DNA from: Eledone cirrhosa
Taxonomy: Eukaryota
Assembly: GCA_964016885.1 (NCBI GenBank)
Contig: OZ024741.1
Location: 144,274,001-144,338,000, forward strand
Direction of reading: 5' to 3'
Length of the DNA: 64,000 bases
The notes beneath the pieces were generated by a model. It had not been told where the DNA came from. It did no database searches and saw nothing but the letters and a program-made list of their open reading frames with translations. How positions within the stretch are numbered: position 1 is the stretch's first letter; every line of letters starts with the position of its first letter. Position numbers and translations under genes: made by a program. Positions 38,861-51,927 of this stretch are shown in pieces.

Positions 38861-39743
38861 ATATTTAACAATCCACACTCAGCTTGCACTGCGAGACATT
38901 CCTTCCATCAGTTGTCAACTTGAGATTATAAAGATTCCGACATTTTCCAACAGTACCTTTGCTGCTAACTGTGCCAAGCATCACTGAGGCTACAAGAGAC
39001 TATCCGAGTTGTTTTGCCTATATTGTTGCACAACATTTTCCTGGCTGCTGTTGTAACCACTTCAATTTTTTAATAATTATTATGTTCATTCCTCCCTGAG
39101 GATTTGTTCAGCGTTTGTCTTTCTCTAACTATATCACGTTTTTAATTTAATTTACTAATATAATTATATTTAACCAGCATTAGCTGACACTAGTTCCACA
39201 TTCTCGTTTGCACTCCTTTATTTCTAACTTACATTGTACTGTATTTTTCCTAAATCAATTTTAACCGCAAATTGTTAATTTATTACTAGAGCAACAGGGG
39301 AACAAATGCAAAATTTCAACACGTTTTGTTTATTAATACACATACATACATGCATCCATATGCGCGCATGGGTGTGTGTGTGTGTGCATGTATGTGTGTG
39401 AGCATGTGGGTATGTGTGTGTTAGGTAATGGTAAAGTAAGAGAACACGTAGGAGGTAATATTTCAATTAATGGAGATAAAACTTTACACCCAAGAGAGAA
39501 AAGAGAACAACATAGTTACAGAACTTTATGTTATTTAATTGACTGCAGAATTAACTGGCAAAAACATAAGATAAAATAAAACAATACTCGTTATGATTCT
39601 TCTCAATGGGTTTCTTTCTTTTGGATCGCAAATTGCTGTTTACAAACGTACACGGTTTGGTGTCGGCTTACATTATATTTCTTAGCGCAGCTTATGTAGG
39701 TGTGTGTATGCGTATATATGCATACATTAATATATATATATTG

Positions 39744-39909
<166 letters not shown>

Positions 39910-40197
39910 GTATATGTATATATATATGTATATGTATATATATATGTATATGTATATATATATGTATATGTATATATATATGTATATGTATATATATATG
40001 TATATGTATATATATATGTATATGTATATATATATGTATATATATATATATATATATATGTATATAGCAAAGAGATATTTAATTTGTTGGTAACTCAACA
40101 TATTTATTTATAATAGATTCGTTTGGATATCCAAACGGAACCTGAACCGATAAGGTCTGGTTTCTGGGGTATGTCACTATTTATAAAACAAATTTTG

Positions 40198-40250
40198 TAT
40201 TTTATCTGATGAGTGCGTACCTAAATTTTTGAAATATATATAATAAAATA
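40198..40250 (+). ncRNA. Degenerate hammerhead motif (3' strand of stem II partly deleted)
   Basis: TATTTTAT-CTGATGA-GTGCGTACCTAAATTTTT-GAAA-TATATA-TA-ATAAAATA; same family as 47365-47425. Confidence 0.6.
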
Positions 40251-40305
40251 AATATTGTTTTATAAATGTAGTTTCCATTTATTGGATATATATATATATA
40301 TACAT

Positions 40306-40347
<42 letters not shown>

Positions 40348-40649
40348 AACAAGGGACTGTGTGGTTACTTGATAAAGTGTATTAAAAATAAAATAAAAGC
40401 ACAAACAAGGGACCGGTCGCCTCTTCAGTTGTCTGCTGAGGGTCTCGGACATTTCAACGCATTAAAGACAATATGTCTATCCCCAGTGCGTCAATAACTT
40501 TTGTAAGTTATTGGGGAAGGAAAAAAAGGGGAGAGAAAAATAAATTAAACAATATATATATACATATATATATATATGTATGTGTATGTGTGTGTGTGTA
40601 GGTATGTATATATGTATACACATATATATGCAGGTGATTTGGCAGTATC

Positions 40650-41015
40650 GGTAGAGCATCAGACATCCTGCTTTGCAGCGTAGGAGTTATGGCCATTTAC
40701 GTTCTGAGTTCAAATGCCGCCAGGTTACTTTGTCTTTCATCCTTACGGGGTCGACAAAATAAAGTACCAGTAATGCACTGAGGTAATTGCTGGCCTTGTG
40801 CCTGAAGTAGAAACATTATTATTCTTGGATTGGCAGTATCGGTAGAGGGTTGGCTGTCATGCTTTGACGCATAGAGTTACGGCCCTTGCCATTCTGAGTT
40901 CAAATCCCGCCGCGGTTAACTTTACCTTTCATCCTTACAGGGTCGATAAAATAAAGTACCAGTAATTCACTGGGTAATTGCTGGTCTTGTGCCAAAAGTA
41001 GAAACAATCATTATT
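40650..41015 (+). mobile_element. Tandem pair of dominant SINEs
   Basis: Two consecutive A box / B box / central domain units (40650-40825, 40826-41015). Confidence 0.9.
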
Positions 41016-41483
41016 CTTATTCTTATGACAGTAATTATTTTGTATCATTACTGTCTACTTTAATCCACTGATATTTACGCTTGAGCTGCGGATTACCACA
41101 GACAGTGTTAATCCACTTTAAACATTCTTACGACTTGTATTAAATAAAGGTTAAGCAACTAAAGCCTATTACGTTGATTCTGTGTACAGCTTGGTTGTAA
41201 TTACATAGAGGTAACATCGCCATCACTACAAAGATCATCGTCATAACTATACAGTTAGCTACAACAGTAATAAAACATAACAACGATACCCAACACAACA
41301 ACATCAATTACAATTGAAAGGTATTGTCTACCAGAATGATAATCTGCAAATATAATGGGTGAAGTATCGATGGGTCATGTTCAGTCACATTCATAACACT
41401 ATAGCAATTATGCTTAGTTAGTTGTAAAACAGGAACATTGCAAAGGCGTAGTTCATTGCGAATTCATAGTGAATGCGTGTGCA

Positions 41484-41551
<68 letters not shown>

Positions 41552-41738
41552 TATATATATACACATACACACACATATATATATATATATATATACATGT
41601 ATACACACACACGCACACACACACACACATATATTTATATGTATATACATACACACAGACATTATATATATGTACCAAAAGTAGAAACAATTATATATAT
41701 ATACATACATAGACATACATATATATATATATATATAC

Positions 41739-41810
<72 letters not shown>

Positions 41811-41836
41811 ACTTGAAATTTTGTATATATATATAT

Positions 41837-42033
41837 AGGAACGAGTAGGACCCCGACGGCTGAGCTCAAGCCGTTTCGACAGCTAATTCTGGACTGAGTC
41901 CAGAATTAGTCGTCGAAACGGCTTGAGCTCAGCCGTCGGGGTCCTACTCGTTCCTATTACCCACTCTACTACCCTACGTATTGAGTACTCTGGTGCGTTA
42001 TGGTCCACCTGGTTCCTTACCACATTTCCTTCG

Positions 42034-42035
<2 letters not shown>
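41837..42035 (+). mobile_element. Half-hammerhead fold-back element
   Basis: Near-identical to 31624-31817 with a different hairpin apex (CTGGACTGAGTCCAG). Confidence 0.85.
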
Positions 42036-42111
<76 letters not shown>

Positions 42112-42133
42112 ACATATATATGTATATATATAT

Positions 42134-42268
42134 AACAAAGAGGGTGTGGTAATATACCAGTTGGACCATAACGCACCAGAGTACTCGATACTTGGGGTAG
42201 TAGAATGGGTAATATGAAAAGATTCAAGATCCCGACGGCTGAGCTCCGGCCGTTTCGACAGCTAGCTG
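42134..42268 (-). mobile_element. Half-hammerhead family copy truncated at the hairpin
   Basis: Tail-to-tail with the 41837 copy across (TA)n; ends at TTTCGACAGCTAGCTG. Confidence 0.8.
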
Positions 42269-42514
42269 TATATACACACACACATATATTTGTGTACACA
42301 CACACATATATATTCATATATACCTTCAGTCTTATAGTTGATACAATCATTGGAATGCTGCATCACCTTCATAGTATTAGTCGATCAAATTATCTTCAAT
42401 ACATTTTTAGTATGGTACTTATTTTATTGACATCGATTTTGTATAACCACTAAGTAACAAGAATAAAGGGTAGCAAACCAGAATACTCACACGCACACCA
42501 CACATACACACACG

Positions 42515-42549
<35 letters not shown>

Positions 42550-42577
42550 AGTAATATCTTTATATGTGTGTGCGTTG

Positions 42578-42646
<69 letters not shown>

Positions 42647-43344
42647 GCTTTTACTCTCAAGCCTACACGGAATCACAAACCGTGCAAAGCTTAATATTTC
42701 CTATCTTCCCGCTCAATATATGGAACAAATACACATATACAAACATGTACTTATTCAAACACAGGCACACACGTATACATTCAAACACACACAACAAACC
42801 ATTCATGCAGACATATATATACACGTGCAAACACTCATACAAACACAAACACACACAAAATACGTACACATATTGGGATTTGATGCTGTTAGATAGCTAT
42901 CATCCTCCTTAACATTTTTACTGTTGTGTTTGAAAGAAATCGATGCTATTGCTGCCAAATAATGTAAAATCGTCTACTCAATGAAATAGATACTGTCGAT
43001 AGATTATTTTAGTTTGATTCCGCCATCTTGCTACCATTATTGAACGAAAATTGGACAAGGTTGCTTCACTTAAACAAATTTTGTTTCCTTTCGTTTCTTT
43101 TTGGTTTTGTTTTCTGATTATATATTTTGTTAGATAAAATAATTAGGTTATACAGATGTAATGTTCTATTTCTTCCATATATTATGTATGCAAGATCATT
43201 TTCAAATATTTAATATAGAAGTAATTCTTTCGTACTTGTTTGGTATTATCATTTTTGGGTCTATCTTCTGTATTCTATAGCTTTCATTTCATTAGGTGCG
43301 CGCGAAAAAACTAACATTATATGTATATATATATATATATTATG

Positions 43345-43465
43345 GTTCTGAGTTCAAATCCTGCCGAGGTTAACTTTGCCTTTCATACTTACGGGGTCGA
43401 TAAAATAAAGTACCAGTAATGCACTCGGATAATTTCTGGCCTTGTGCCAAAAGTAGAAACAATTA
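43345..43465 (+). mobile_element. 5'-truncated dominant SINE followed by (TATG)n
   Basis: Diagnostic block present. Confidence 0.85.
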
Positions 43466-43583
43466 TGTATGTATGTATGTATGTATGTATGTATGTATGT
43501 ATGTATGTATGTATGTATGTATGTATGTATGTATGTATAATAAGGAAAAGGCGAAGTTCAGTGTAGAACTTTGTATTAACAAA

Positions 43584-43656
43584 GCTGTAATACATATTTT
43601 AATGACGATCGTGGCTACATGAACAAGTAACCGGTCACACGATCTCATCAGACAGC
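43584..43656 (-). ncRNA. Degenerate hammerhead motif
   Basis: Minus strand GCTGT-CTGATGA-GATCGTG...CACGATC-GTCATT-AAAA-TATGTA-TT-ACAGC; the GAAA is corrupted. Confidence 0.45.
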
Positions 43657-44355
43657 ATCATTATGTAATAAAGTTAATTTTCTGAGACAATCCAATCTAA
43701 AGACTTTCTTCGTTAGTGTATGTGGGGAAAGTGGCATTATTTTGTAAATCACATTCTTTCATCATACGTACATGTTAAGCTACAAGTCTTCATAACACAA
43801 ACATATGTTTAACTGTATATAAATAATTTTTTCTTTTTCTTTTCTCCTACAGGATATCAACTTCACCTCACGATATCACTCACAAATCAAACTATATTCG
43901 AAACCTGATGTCCTTCGACTTTTTCTACAATGAATGCATTAAATAATCACCTAACGATGAACAAATGTATTTGTTTCTGAAGATACATCGCGACGAGTTA
44001 AAGCCTATACCAATTGGCGAAACATATATATATATAATGGTAATTTTTATGTGATATAAAGACAAATTTGATTGAAAAAAAGAAGAAAAACAACTAACAT
44101 CATTTCGGACAATTGGACGCAAGAATTGATGTTTCGGACAATTTAACCCGGTGTATAACATATATTTATACACTTTACTTTAAAAACTGTATAAGTAGAC
44201 AGTGTCTACGGCCGCCATGTTGGTTAAATAAAAACACAACAGTCAGAGACAATGCTGTTTATTAAATAGACCTGGTAGAAACCGGATTGTCAACTAAAGA
44301 AGCAAAAAGAACAACACAATACATGAATATACACACCCGCATCCAGACACACACT

Positions 44356-44389
<34 letters not shown>

Positions 44390-44716
44390 CATATACATAC
44401 ATATATACATATATACATACATATATATATAAATATCTATCTATATATGTATGTATGTATGTATGTACATGTAGTATATTCCATTATAGCCTAGATTATT
44501 CACCTAGGCGATTTCGGATTTTATAAAACAATATGAATCACCCATCCTCACATATTTGTAAAATAATCAATGACAATGAAACATAGACAGCGATATAAAG
44601 ATAATGATGGTGATGATGGTGATTATAATGAGGAAGAAACATGTGATATATTGATAACGGTAAAGTGGATTGAAACTGTGATCGTCATGATGTAAGACTT
44701 CTAAAAAACATTGAAA

Positions 44717-44753
<37 letters not shown>

Positions 44754-44844
44754 GTATGTATGTATGGATGTATGTTTGTATGTATGCATGTAAATATGTA
44801 TGTATGCGTGTGTGTATGCATTTGTGTCTGTATATAATATAGTG

Positions 44845-44881
<37 letters not shown>

Positions 44882-45084
44882 AATGTGCTCAGTTGTGTAT
44901 ATATCATTTCTTGAATTATTCCATTTAGATATTTTAGATATGAAAAATATTGTTTGATAAGAAAATTAAAAGATAATAAAATAAATCATTATTTAGAAAC
45001 ACCTGTCTTCCAACTTTGTTTCACGTTAAGGTTTGGGATCTTGTCGATCAATCAGATCGATATGCTTGTCTCATGTCTAGTTTT

Positions 45085-45570
45085 TTTTTTATTCCTACTT
45101 CTTTACTAAATTTTATCGATTCTACTCTAATTGCCCTTTTCAGGGCGAACTCCCATCTATTTTTGAGGATTGCCCCGTCGACGCCTGCTTTACTAATTCT
45201 TTAATCTGGTTTTTGTTATTTTTACGCGTCATGAACGACTCGTTCGGTTTCCAGTAACCGGGTCTTTGTCTATGAAGCTTATCTAAGTTGACCACACTCA
45301 TTACATGGTCTATGTAGTCGACTAATTTGAAATATGGACACCCTATGCTAGCCTTATTAATTTCACTACGGAATACCCTGTCTAGAAACGATCTGGATGA
45401 CCCGATACCGTTTAACCATGACCACATTGGTATATTCTGTTGGTTACCTGTCAGGCAGTTGGAAACATTTGAGCAGGTTTGCCCGGCTTTTACACCCTCC
45501 TCCCCTATCTGCTAGTCCCACAATCTCAGCGTGCATCTAAGATACCGTTCCCGTCGCTCACTAACACTGA
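45085..45570 (-). mobile_element. Old Tx1-like ORF2 endonuclease fragment
   Basis: WSWLNGIGSSRSFLDRVF...IGCP.FK.V.Y.DH...PGYWK aligns to ORF2 of copies A and B. Confidence 0.85.
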
Positions 45571-46349
45571 AGGTCTCTCTCCCTCTTTCCTGCTAATTAT
45601 CTCACGCATACACATATACACTCCTATGATCCTTTTCCATACTTGTTACAGCATGGGATTTCGGCGTTGTGACCACTACCAACAACACCACCACCACCAC
45701 CACCGCTTCACTCGTTCTCTCTCGCAAACACACACTTTTACCAACCCCTTTCCACAATGTGATTGTCGTAATTCCTTTTCCGTAAAGACATGAGACAATC
45801 ACCTTCATCACCGCTCTCTCTCTCTCATTCTCTCTCTCACTCTCACACACATTTACACTCAGAGACACACACTCATTTACACTTAGACACACACACACAC
45901 ACACACACACATTTACACTCAGACAAACACACACACACACATTTACACTCAGACAAACACACACACACACACACACATACTCTTAGCATCCTCATTCTAG
46001 CATGCCATACGTTTTGCATCAACTTTAACATAGCTCATTTCGGCTAACTGAAGTGACTTTCAGTTAAATTTGAACTCATACAGCTCTGCAGGATCGAGGA
46101 AATAGCAATCTGTTCAACTGTACTGGAAAGTTAAATGAAATTGAGAAAAAAACAACAAAAAAATAAATGAAAAAAATACAAAAACGAAAACGCAATTGAT
46201 AGCGTATAATATGGGTAACATAAACTGATAAAGAAAACTATTGAACAATGGATAGATAGATCGAAATATACGAAATGAGAGAGAAACACACACATCGATA
46301 CATAGGCGCGCACACACTGCTCTAAATATGAACACACACACACATAGAT

Positions 46350-46473
46350 CTAGCTATCGAAACTCAGCCGTCGGGGTCCTGCATCTTTTCCTATTTATTA
46401 CCCACTCTACTACCCTAAGTATTGAGTACTCTAGTTGTTATAGTTCATCTCGTTTCTTACCACAGCCTCTTTG

Positions 46474-46475
<2 letters not shown>
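46350..46475 (+). mobile_element. Half-hammerhead family copy (deleted)
   Basis: CGAAACTCAGCCGTCGGGGTCC...ATTACCCACTCTACTACCCTAAGTATTGAGTACT. Confidence 0.75.
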
Positions 46476-46512
<37 letters not shown>

Positions 46513-46661
46513 GATCAAAAGTTTAACAAGGTTCATTGATTAATCAATGAATATAGTTCTACAATAGATTAGAAGCACTCAACAAAGGGGTTTTCTGGAG
46601 TTATTACTGCCAAAACTAGAATTGAACCATCAGCACAGTTGAGGTATGTCGGACATCAATT

Positions 46662-46727
46662 TATTTTATCTGATGAGGACGTACTGAGGAAACAGCTCAG
46701 TACCTCTGAAATATATATAATAAAATA
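46662..46727 (+). ncRNA. Minimal type I hammerhead ribozyme motif
   Basis: Stem I TATTTTAT/ATAAAATA; CTGATGA; stem II GGAC-GTACTGAG-loop-CTCAGTAC-CTCT; GAAA; TATATA; U-A. Confidence 0.8.
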
Positions 46728-46869
46728 TATTTGATCACATGAATGCCTATATTTATTAATATTTTGAAGTAATATATATATATATATATAAACAAACGTC
46801 AATGGTGAAGCTCGAACTTTCGAACTTACTAAGCACCGAGGAAATGAATTTATAAGAAGCTGTAAGCTG

Positions 46870-47092
46870 TAGGAAGCCCAGACGCAGAAAATAACTACTA
46901 TTTAGTCAGTTGCTATAAGATTACCGGTAAAGACCCATAGAGACGGAAAAATGTTGCTTGGTACGGTATTCTTCGAGCAGCCTCTGACTACATTTCTCCG
47001 TTTCTAAGAGTCTTTAACCGATTTTTATAAGCTATTGTATAGCAACTGACTGCAATTGCAGTTATTTTCTGCGTTTGAACTTTCCACATCTT
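46870..47092. repeat. Degenerate fold-back (imperfect inverted repeat) in TA-rich context
   Basis: GACGCAGAAAATAACT..AGTCAGTTGCTATA versus TATAGCAACTGACT..AGTTATTTTCTGCGTT, plus an inner arm pair. Confidence 0.7.
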
Positions 47093-47144
47093 ATATATAT
47101 TATAGATAAACAAACAAATACACACACACACACACATATATATA

Positions 47145-47315
47145 ATTGTTTCAACTTTTGGCACAAGGCCATCAATTACCCATTACTGGTACTTTATTTT
47201 ATCGACCGCGTAAGGATGAAAGGCAAAGTTAACCTCGGCGGGATTTGAACTCAGACCGTAAAGGGACGTAACTATGTTGGAAAGCATGGCGTCCGACCCT
47301 CTATCGATACTGACA
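47145..47315 (-). mobile_element. Dominant SINE
   Basis: Diagnostic block present. Confidence 0.88.
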
Positions 47316-47364
47316 ATATATAATGTATATATATATATATCAATAATATTAATAAATCCATATT

Positions 47365-47425
47365 TATTTTATTATATCTATTTCAAGGGTAACAAAATTC
47401 TGGTACGCTCTCATCAGATAAAATA
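47365..47425 (-). ncRNA. Minimal type I hammerhead ribozyme motif
   Basis: Minus strand TATTTTAT-CTGATGA-GAGCGTACCAGAATTTTGTTACCCTT-GAAA-TAGATA-TA-ATAAAATA. Confidence 0.72.
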
Positions 47426-47646
47426 CAAAGGTCGTTTTACAGATAGTGACATATTCAAAACTAGAACTTAATGTTTTGAGTTCTGTTTGAATATATATAA
47501 TAAAATATATATGGTTTTATAAAGATAGTTTCCATTTATTAATATTATTGATATTATACTCCAGAAGAAATATTGTAGAGTACTTCTAATTTGTTATAAA
47601 CTAAATTTGTTGAATAATCAGCAAATTAAATAACTCACTGCTTATG

Positions 47647-47734
<88 letters not shown>

Positions 47735-47737
47735 CTG

Positions 47738-47770
<33 letters not shown>

Positions 47771-47773
47771 CTG

Positions 47774-47819
<46 letters not shown>

Positions 47820-47856
47820 TGTATATATATAATATATATATATATATATGTATATG

Positions 47857-47969
<113 letters not shown>

Positions 47970-47980
47970 CATTTATATAT

Positions 47981-48038
<58 letters not shown>

Positions 48039-48079
48039 CATTTATATATATATATATACATATGTATATATACACATAT

Positions 48080-48127
<48 letters not shown>

Positions 48128-48151
48128 GTATATATATATATATATATATGT

Positions 48152-48450
48152 ATTTATTAAAATAACAGATTAAAGTTTAAGCAAAGAATCGTTGCTTTCA
48201 CCCTTAACGGGATCTTCTGAAACTAACAAAGTCAATTTGTAAACGCAGAAGTGGATATTTCAAAAAACGTTGCAACCGGAGGAAGACAGGAAGTCGATAC
48301 TTTGGTTCATGTAAACGGTCCCTGGCAAAGAACGGGAAAAAACGAATAATACGTCATTAATAGGACCGGTGAAAAACAATTACGCGCAAAGACAGAACCA
48401 CGTTTATGGTATAAAAGAGGTCGTAGACTAATGTTCTCTTAGGTGGATTT
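48152..48450 (+). mobile_element. Second copy of the 37715 element (left repeat intact, right repeat missing); hammerhead-like motif on minus strand at 48174-48224
   Basis: Colinear with 37715-37980. Confidence 0.75.
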
Positions 48451-48504
48451 ATATATATATATATAAATGGCGTAAACACAACACAATAGGAGGGAACATA
48501 ATAA

Positions 48505-48550
48505 TAGTACCACTGATGATGTTGCAGATGTGCAACGAAAGAACTTTGAT

Positions 48551-48556
<6 letters not shown>
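48505..48556 (+). ncRNA. Hammerhead motif with imperfect stem I
   Basis: TAGTACCA-CTGATGA-T-GTTGCA-GATG-TGCAAC-GAAA-GAAC-TT-TGATAGACTA, between (TA)n runs. Confidence 0.55.
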
Positions 48557-48593
<37 letters not shown>

Positions 48594-48755
48594 CTGTATT
48601 TTTAACCGTTGGTCAGTCAGTGATAAACATTGATGGCCAAATAAATTAACTATGGAGATATAAAAGATACAGAAGTGAAAACCAACCAAACAGTGAGTGT
48701 GTTCTGTTATTATTTCTGGCAATATTATTACAACAATATGATCCTCCCCAAATAT

Positions 48756-48836
<81 letters not shown>

Positions 48837-48887
48837 ATATATACATACCCCCCCCCCCTCATATATATATATATGTATATATATATA

Positions 48888-49253
48888 TAGTGAAAGAATG
48901 AAGAGTAACATGGTTGACTGTACAACAAGGGGCTTTATTTAAGGTATTAACAATTGTTTTATTGATCAGGTGAGTCTAGAGGCCGCTAATCGCTCGAAGT
49001 TGCGTTACTCGATCGCCATTACATTATTTACCTCTGACCAATCCTGTTATTGTTTTGATTATACGCTATTTTTCTCTATATATCTTGCCTTGTATGAATT
49101 ATTCGTATTCTGAGGATTTGGTCAGAGGTAAATAATGTAATGGAGATCGAGTGACGCAACTTCGACTCACCTGATCAATGAAACAATTGTTAATACCTGA
49201 AATAAAGCCCCTTGTTGTACAGGCAACCATGTTACTCTTCATTCTTTCACTAT
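48888..49253. repeat. Long inverted repeat (~140-160-bp arms, ~70-bp spacer), probable Penelope-like inverted terminus
   Basis: Arms 48888-49045 and 49113-49253; the right arm lacks ~18 nt present in the left. Confidence 0.9.
49105..49196 (+). ncRNA. Hammerhead motif with extended stem II
   Basis: GTATT-CTGAGGA-TTTGGTCAG-(45 nt)-CTGATCAAT-GAAA-CAATTG-TT-AATAC; palindromic CAATTG loop; AATAAA just downstream. Confidence 0.6.
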
Positions 49254-49411
49254 TATTACTCCAGGTATAACCTGCATAGAAATTACCGCGAACTCGCTGC
49301 TTAACTATGGAAACATCTTGTTGAGTCAAAGAAAGCCGTACGTTAAAACTATACACGATACAGAGTACTCAAAACCTCTAACTGGATTACCTATAACGAT
49401 AACTTGCTAAC

Positions 49412-49461
<50 letters not shown>

Positions 49462-49824
49462 TTATATATTTATATTTATATTTATATTTATATATTTATA
49501 TTTGTATATATATATATATATATGAATATGTGTGTGTAGAAAGATGGCTAGATAGATTGGCAGATCAAGTGATAGATAAACAGAAAGCATAATCGTGGAG
49601 ACAGATATGAAGATATTTTGATAGATTAAGACTGAGATTAGTGCACAGAGTGATAGATACTCAGACAAAATATTGGATATATACAGAGGTAAACTATACA
49701 CCTGAAGTGTCAGGTTGTGTTGATAGATGGCAAAAAAAAATCTTAATGTCCTACAATATGGAAATTTGCATAACCAAGAGGCCAGCGATCTATTTATAAA
49801 TGTACTAATAGGCAACATAATTAG

Positions 49825-49960
49825 AAGCGGTGAATGAATTGGCAGGGTTCTTAGGACATCGGATAGAATGCTTTGCAGTATTCGTACTGGCTCTCTGCGT
49901 TTTGAAAGCATCCTTTCAAGGTCGATAAAATACGTAATAGTCCAGTACTGGGGTCGAATC
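49825..49960 (+). mobile_element. Degenerate dominant SINE
   Basis: GGTGAATGAATTGGCAG...CATCCTTTCAAGGTCGATAAAA...CTGGGGTCGA. Confidence 0.7.
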
Positions 49961-50452
49961 TTCTAGTGTATCCCTCTCATTTTTTATTTCTCTCTCTCTC
50001 CTTCTCTGGACGGAACCGGCTGTGTTTAAACTCGGAGAGGGATGGGCTCCGCCGGGTTTTAAATGCCCCAGACACGCCATATATCGCTACGGTGTCCATA
50101 CGGGTCCATACATGAAATACACATTTAGCTTTTTCTCTTGAACATATTTATAGAACATTTTTTAAAACTGCATAATAATAACTTTACACAAAAAGGAATG
50201 AAAATAGATTATGTATTTCCCAAAGACATTGTAGTCGTACATCTATATTGCTAATTCTTTCTTTGGCTCTGGACGGATGAACGATAAGTTGCCTTCAACA
50301 GTATCTGAACTATCAAATTAGATATTATTGTAAATCAGTAGCTCCAAAACATTTAGTGGTTAATTCCTTGGCTCTACCGCCCACTTCACGCTTCTGTACT
50401 TCATAGCATTTCTTATCCAGCAAAAACAAGCCACGCCACACCATAGAAGATA

Positions 50453-50668
50453 ATTGTTTCGAATTTTGGAACGAAGCTAACAGTCTGTGAGAGAAAGTTG
50501 ATTAAACCAATCCCAGTACTTATCTGGTACTTTATTTTCTTGAACGCGGAAAAATGAAAGGCATAGTTGACCTCGATGTAATTTAAACTCAGAACTTAGA
50601 AACTCGTTACTAAATATCCCAAAGTATTTCGTCCGACGCTCTAACGATTCCGCTAATCCACCGCCCTA
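50453..50668 (-). mobile_element. Degenerate dominant SINE
   Basis: GGTACTTTATTTT...AATCCACCGCCC. Confidence 0.75.
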
Positions 50669-51927
50669 CACTATAGAAATAACACTCTTTCGTCTAGAGT
50701 AATCTCCAGTATTACACTAGCGATCGACTAGGAATTGCCCTCACTTGGAGAATCAATGTTGTATATCACTAACTACAGATAGATGGAGAAAAACTCGATT
50801 TACTAGTATTAGCCAGCAAATCACCCACAAAACACTTTCTCCCCTCTTATCTTGTCGTTTCGGCCACAACCAGGGAAGTACCACATGTAATATAGAAGAG
50901 CAGACTGCTTCTTTTTTGCGCCGATCGCAGTCGAGTCCTCTAGTCTCTTCAGTCCCTGAACGGCAATTTTCCTCCGAAAAATTGAAAGGAGTGCATTCCA
51001 CTTGAGGAAGAAGTCCCGTGAGATAGATGGTCTAACACAGCGAGTGTCGCTAAATCTCCCCCTCTTCTTACTTGAATTATTTAATTTTATTTAATTTATT
51101 TATTACAAACATTATAGAATTTAATTGAAACACTCCTTAAAAACAGAAAGGTTGCATTCGTTAATGTCGATAGAAAAAAGGTATAATCACAGCTGGAACA
51201 TCTTTCAGTATAAGTCTTCTCGATTAGGACTGACTTGGATCTAATTTACAGCCACTAATTTTACTAGATAAATCACCAGTTTGTGATATAATGATTTATG
51301 TGATAATGTGTTAATAAGATATCAACACATTAAAGCGCTACAACAATTGAGCTAATGTCGCTACCATCTTTGCTGTCAGATAACAAACGTTTTCAACAGT
51401 AAGTATAGTTGATCCAGTCGTAATTTAAATCTAGCTTAATAGATACTGCTCTCAAACAGCGAAGAAGAAAAAGAAAACAAAGAAAGCAAGGACATAAATC
51501 TATCACCAACTGTCTTCAATTAAAATAATCACAAAGTTAATTAAAGGAATTAATTTAAGACGCTTAAATGTTTAGAATTAGTTCTTTAGTCGATTTATTT
51601 GTAAACAAATTAATTGCTATTCACTTTCTCTTGCATTGTCGCTTCACATTGATGGCATACAAGAATGTGATTTGATGATATTCTTAGTTCCACTAAAGAA
51701 TGCAGATGGTCAAGTTGGACATACAACTTAAAGATATGTGGTTCATTTATTTTTGCCGGCATCCCGCTGTGTCAATATCTAATGTTAGTTCTAGAGCAGT
51801 GGTTCCAAAACTTATCATTTATAAGGATCTCTTTTATTTAAACAAATTTTCCCACAGACCTCCAATTACATTTAACCCGCTGCAAGATTGTTATACAGCG
51901 ATGATGATGATGATGATGATGATGATG

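Noticed and set aside
40650-41015. tRNA genes
   Set aside because: A and B boxes belong to SINE heads; there is no complete cloverleaf and the SINE body follows.
46870-47092. Hammerhead within this fold-back
   Set aside because: No CUGANGA/GAAA pair found on either strand; kept only as an inverted repeat.
50745-51060. Possible old LINE C-terminal fragment or exon
   Set aside because: Only faint motif resemblance with many stops; cannot be supported by eye.
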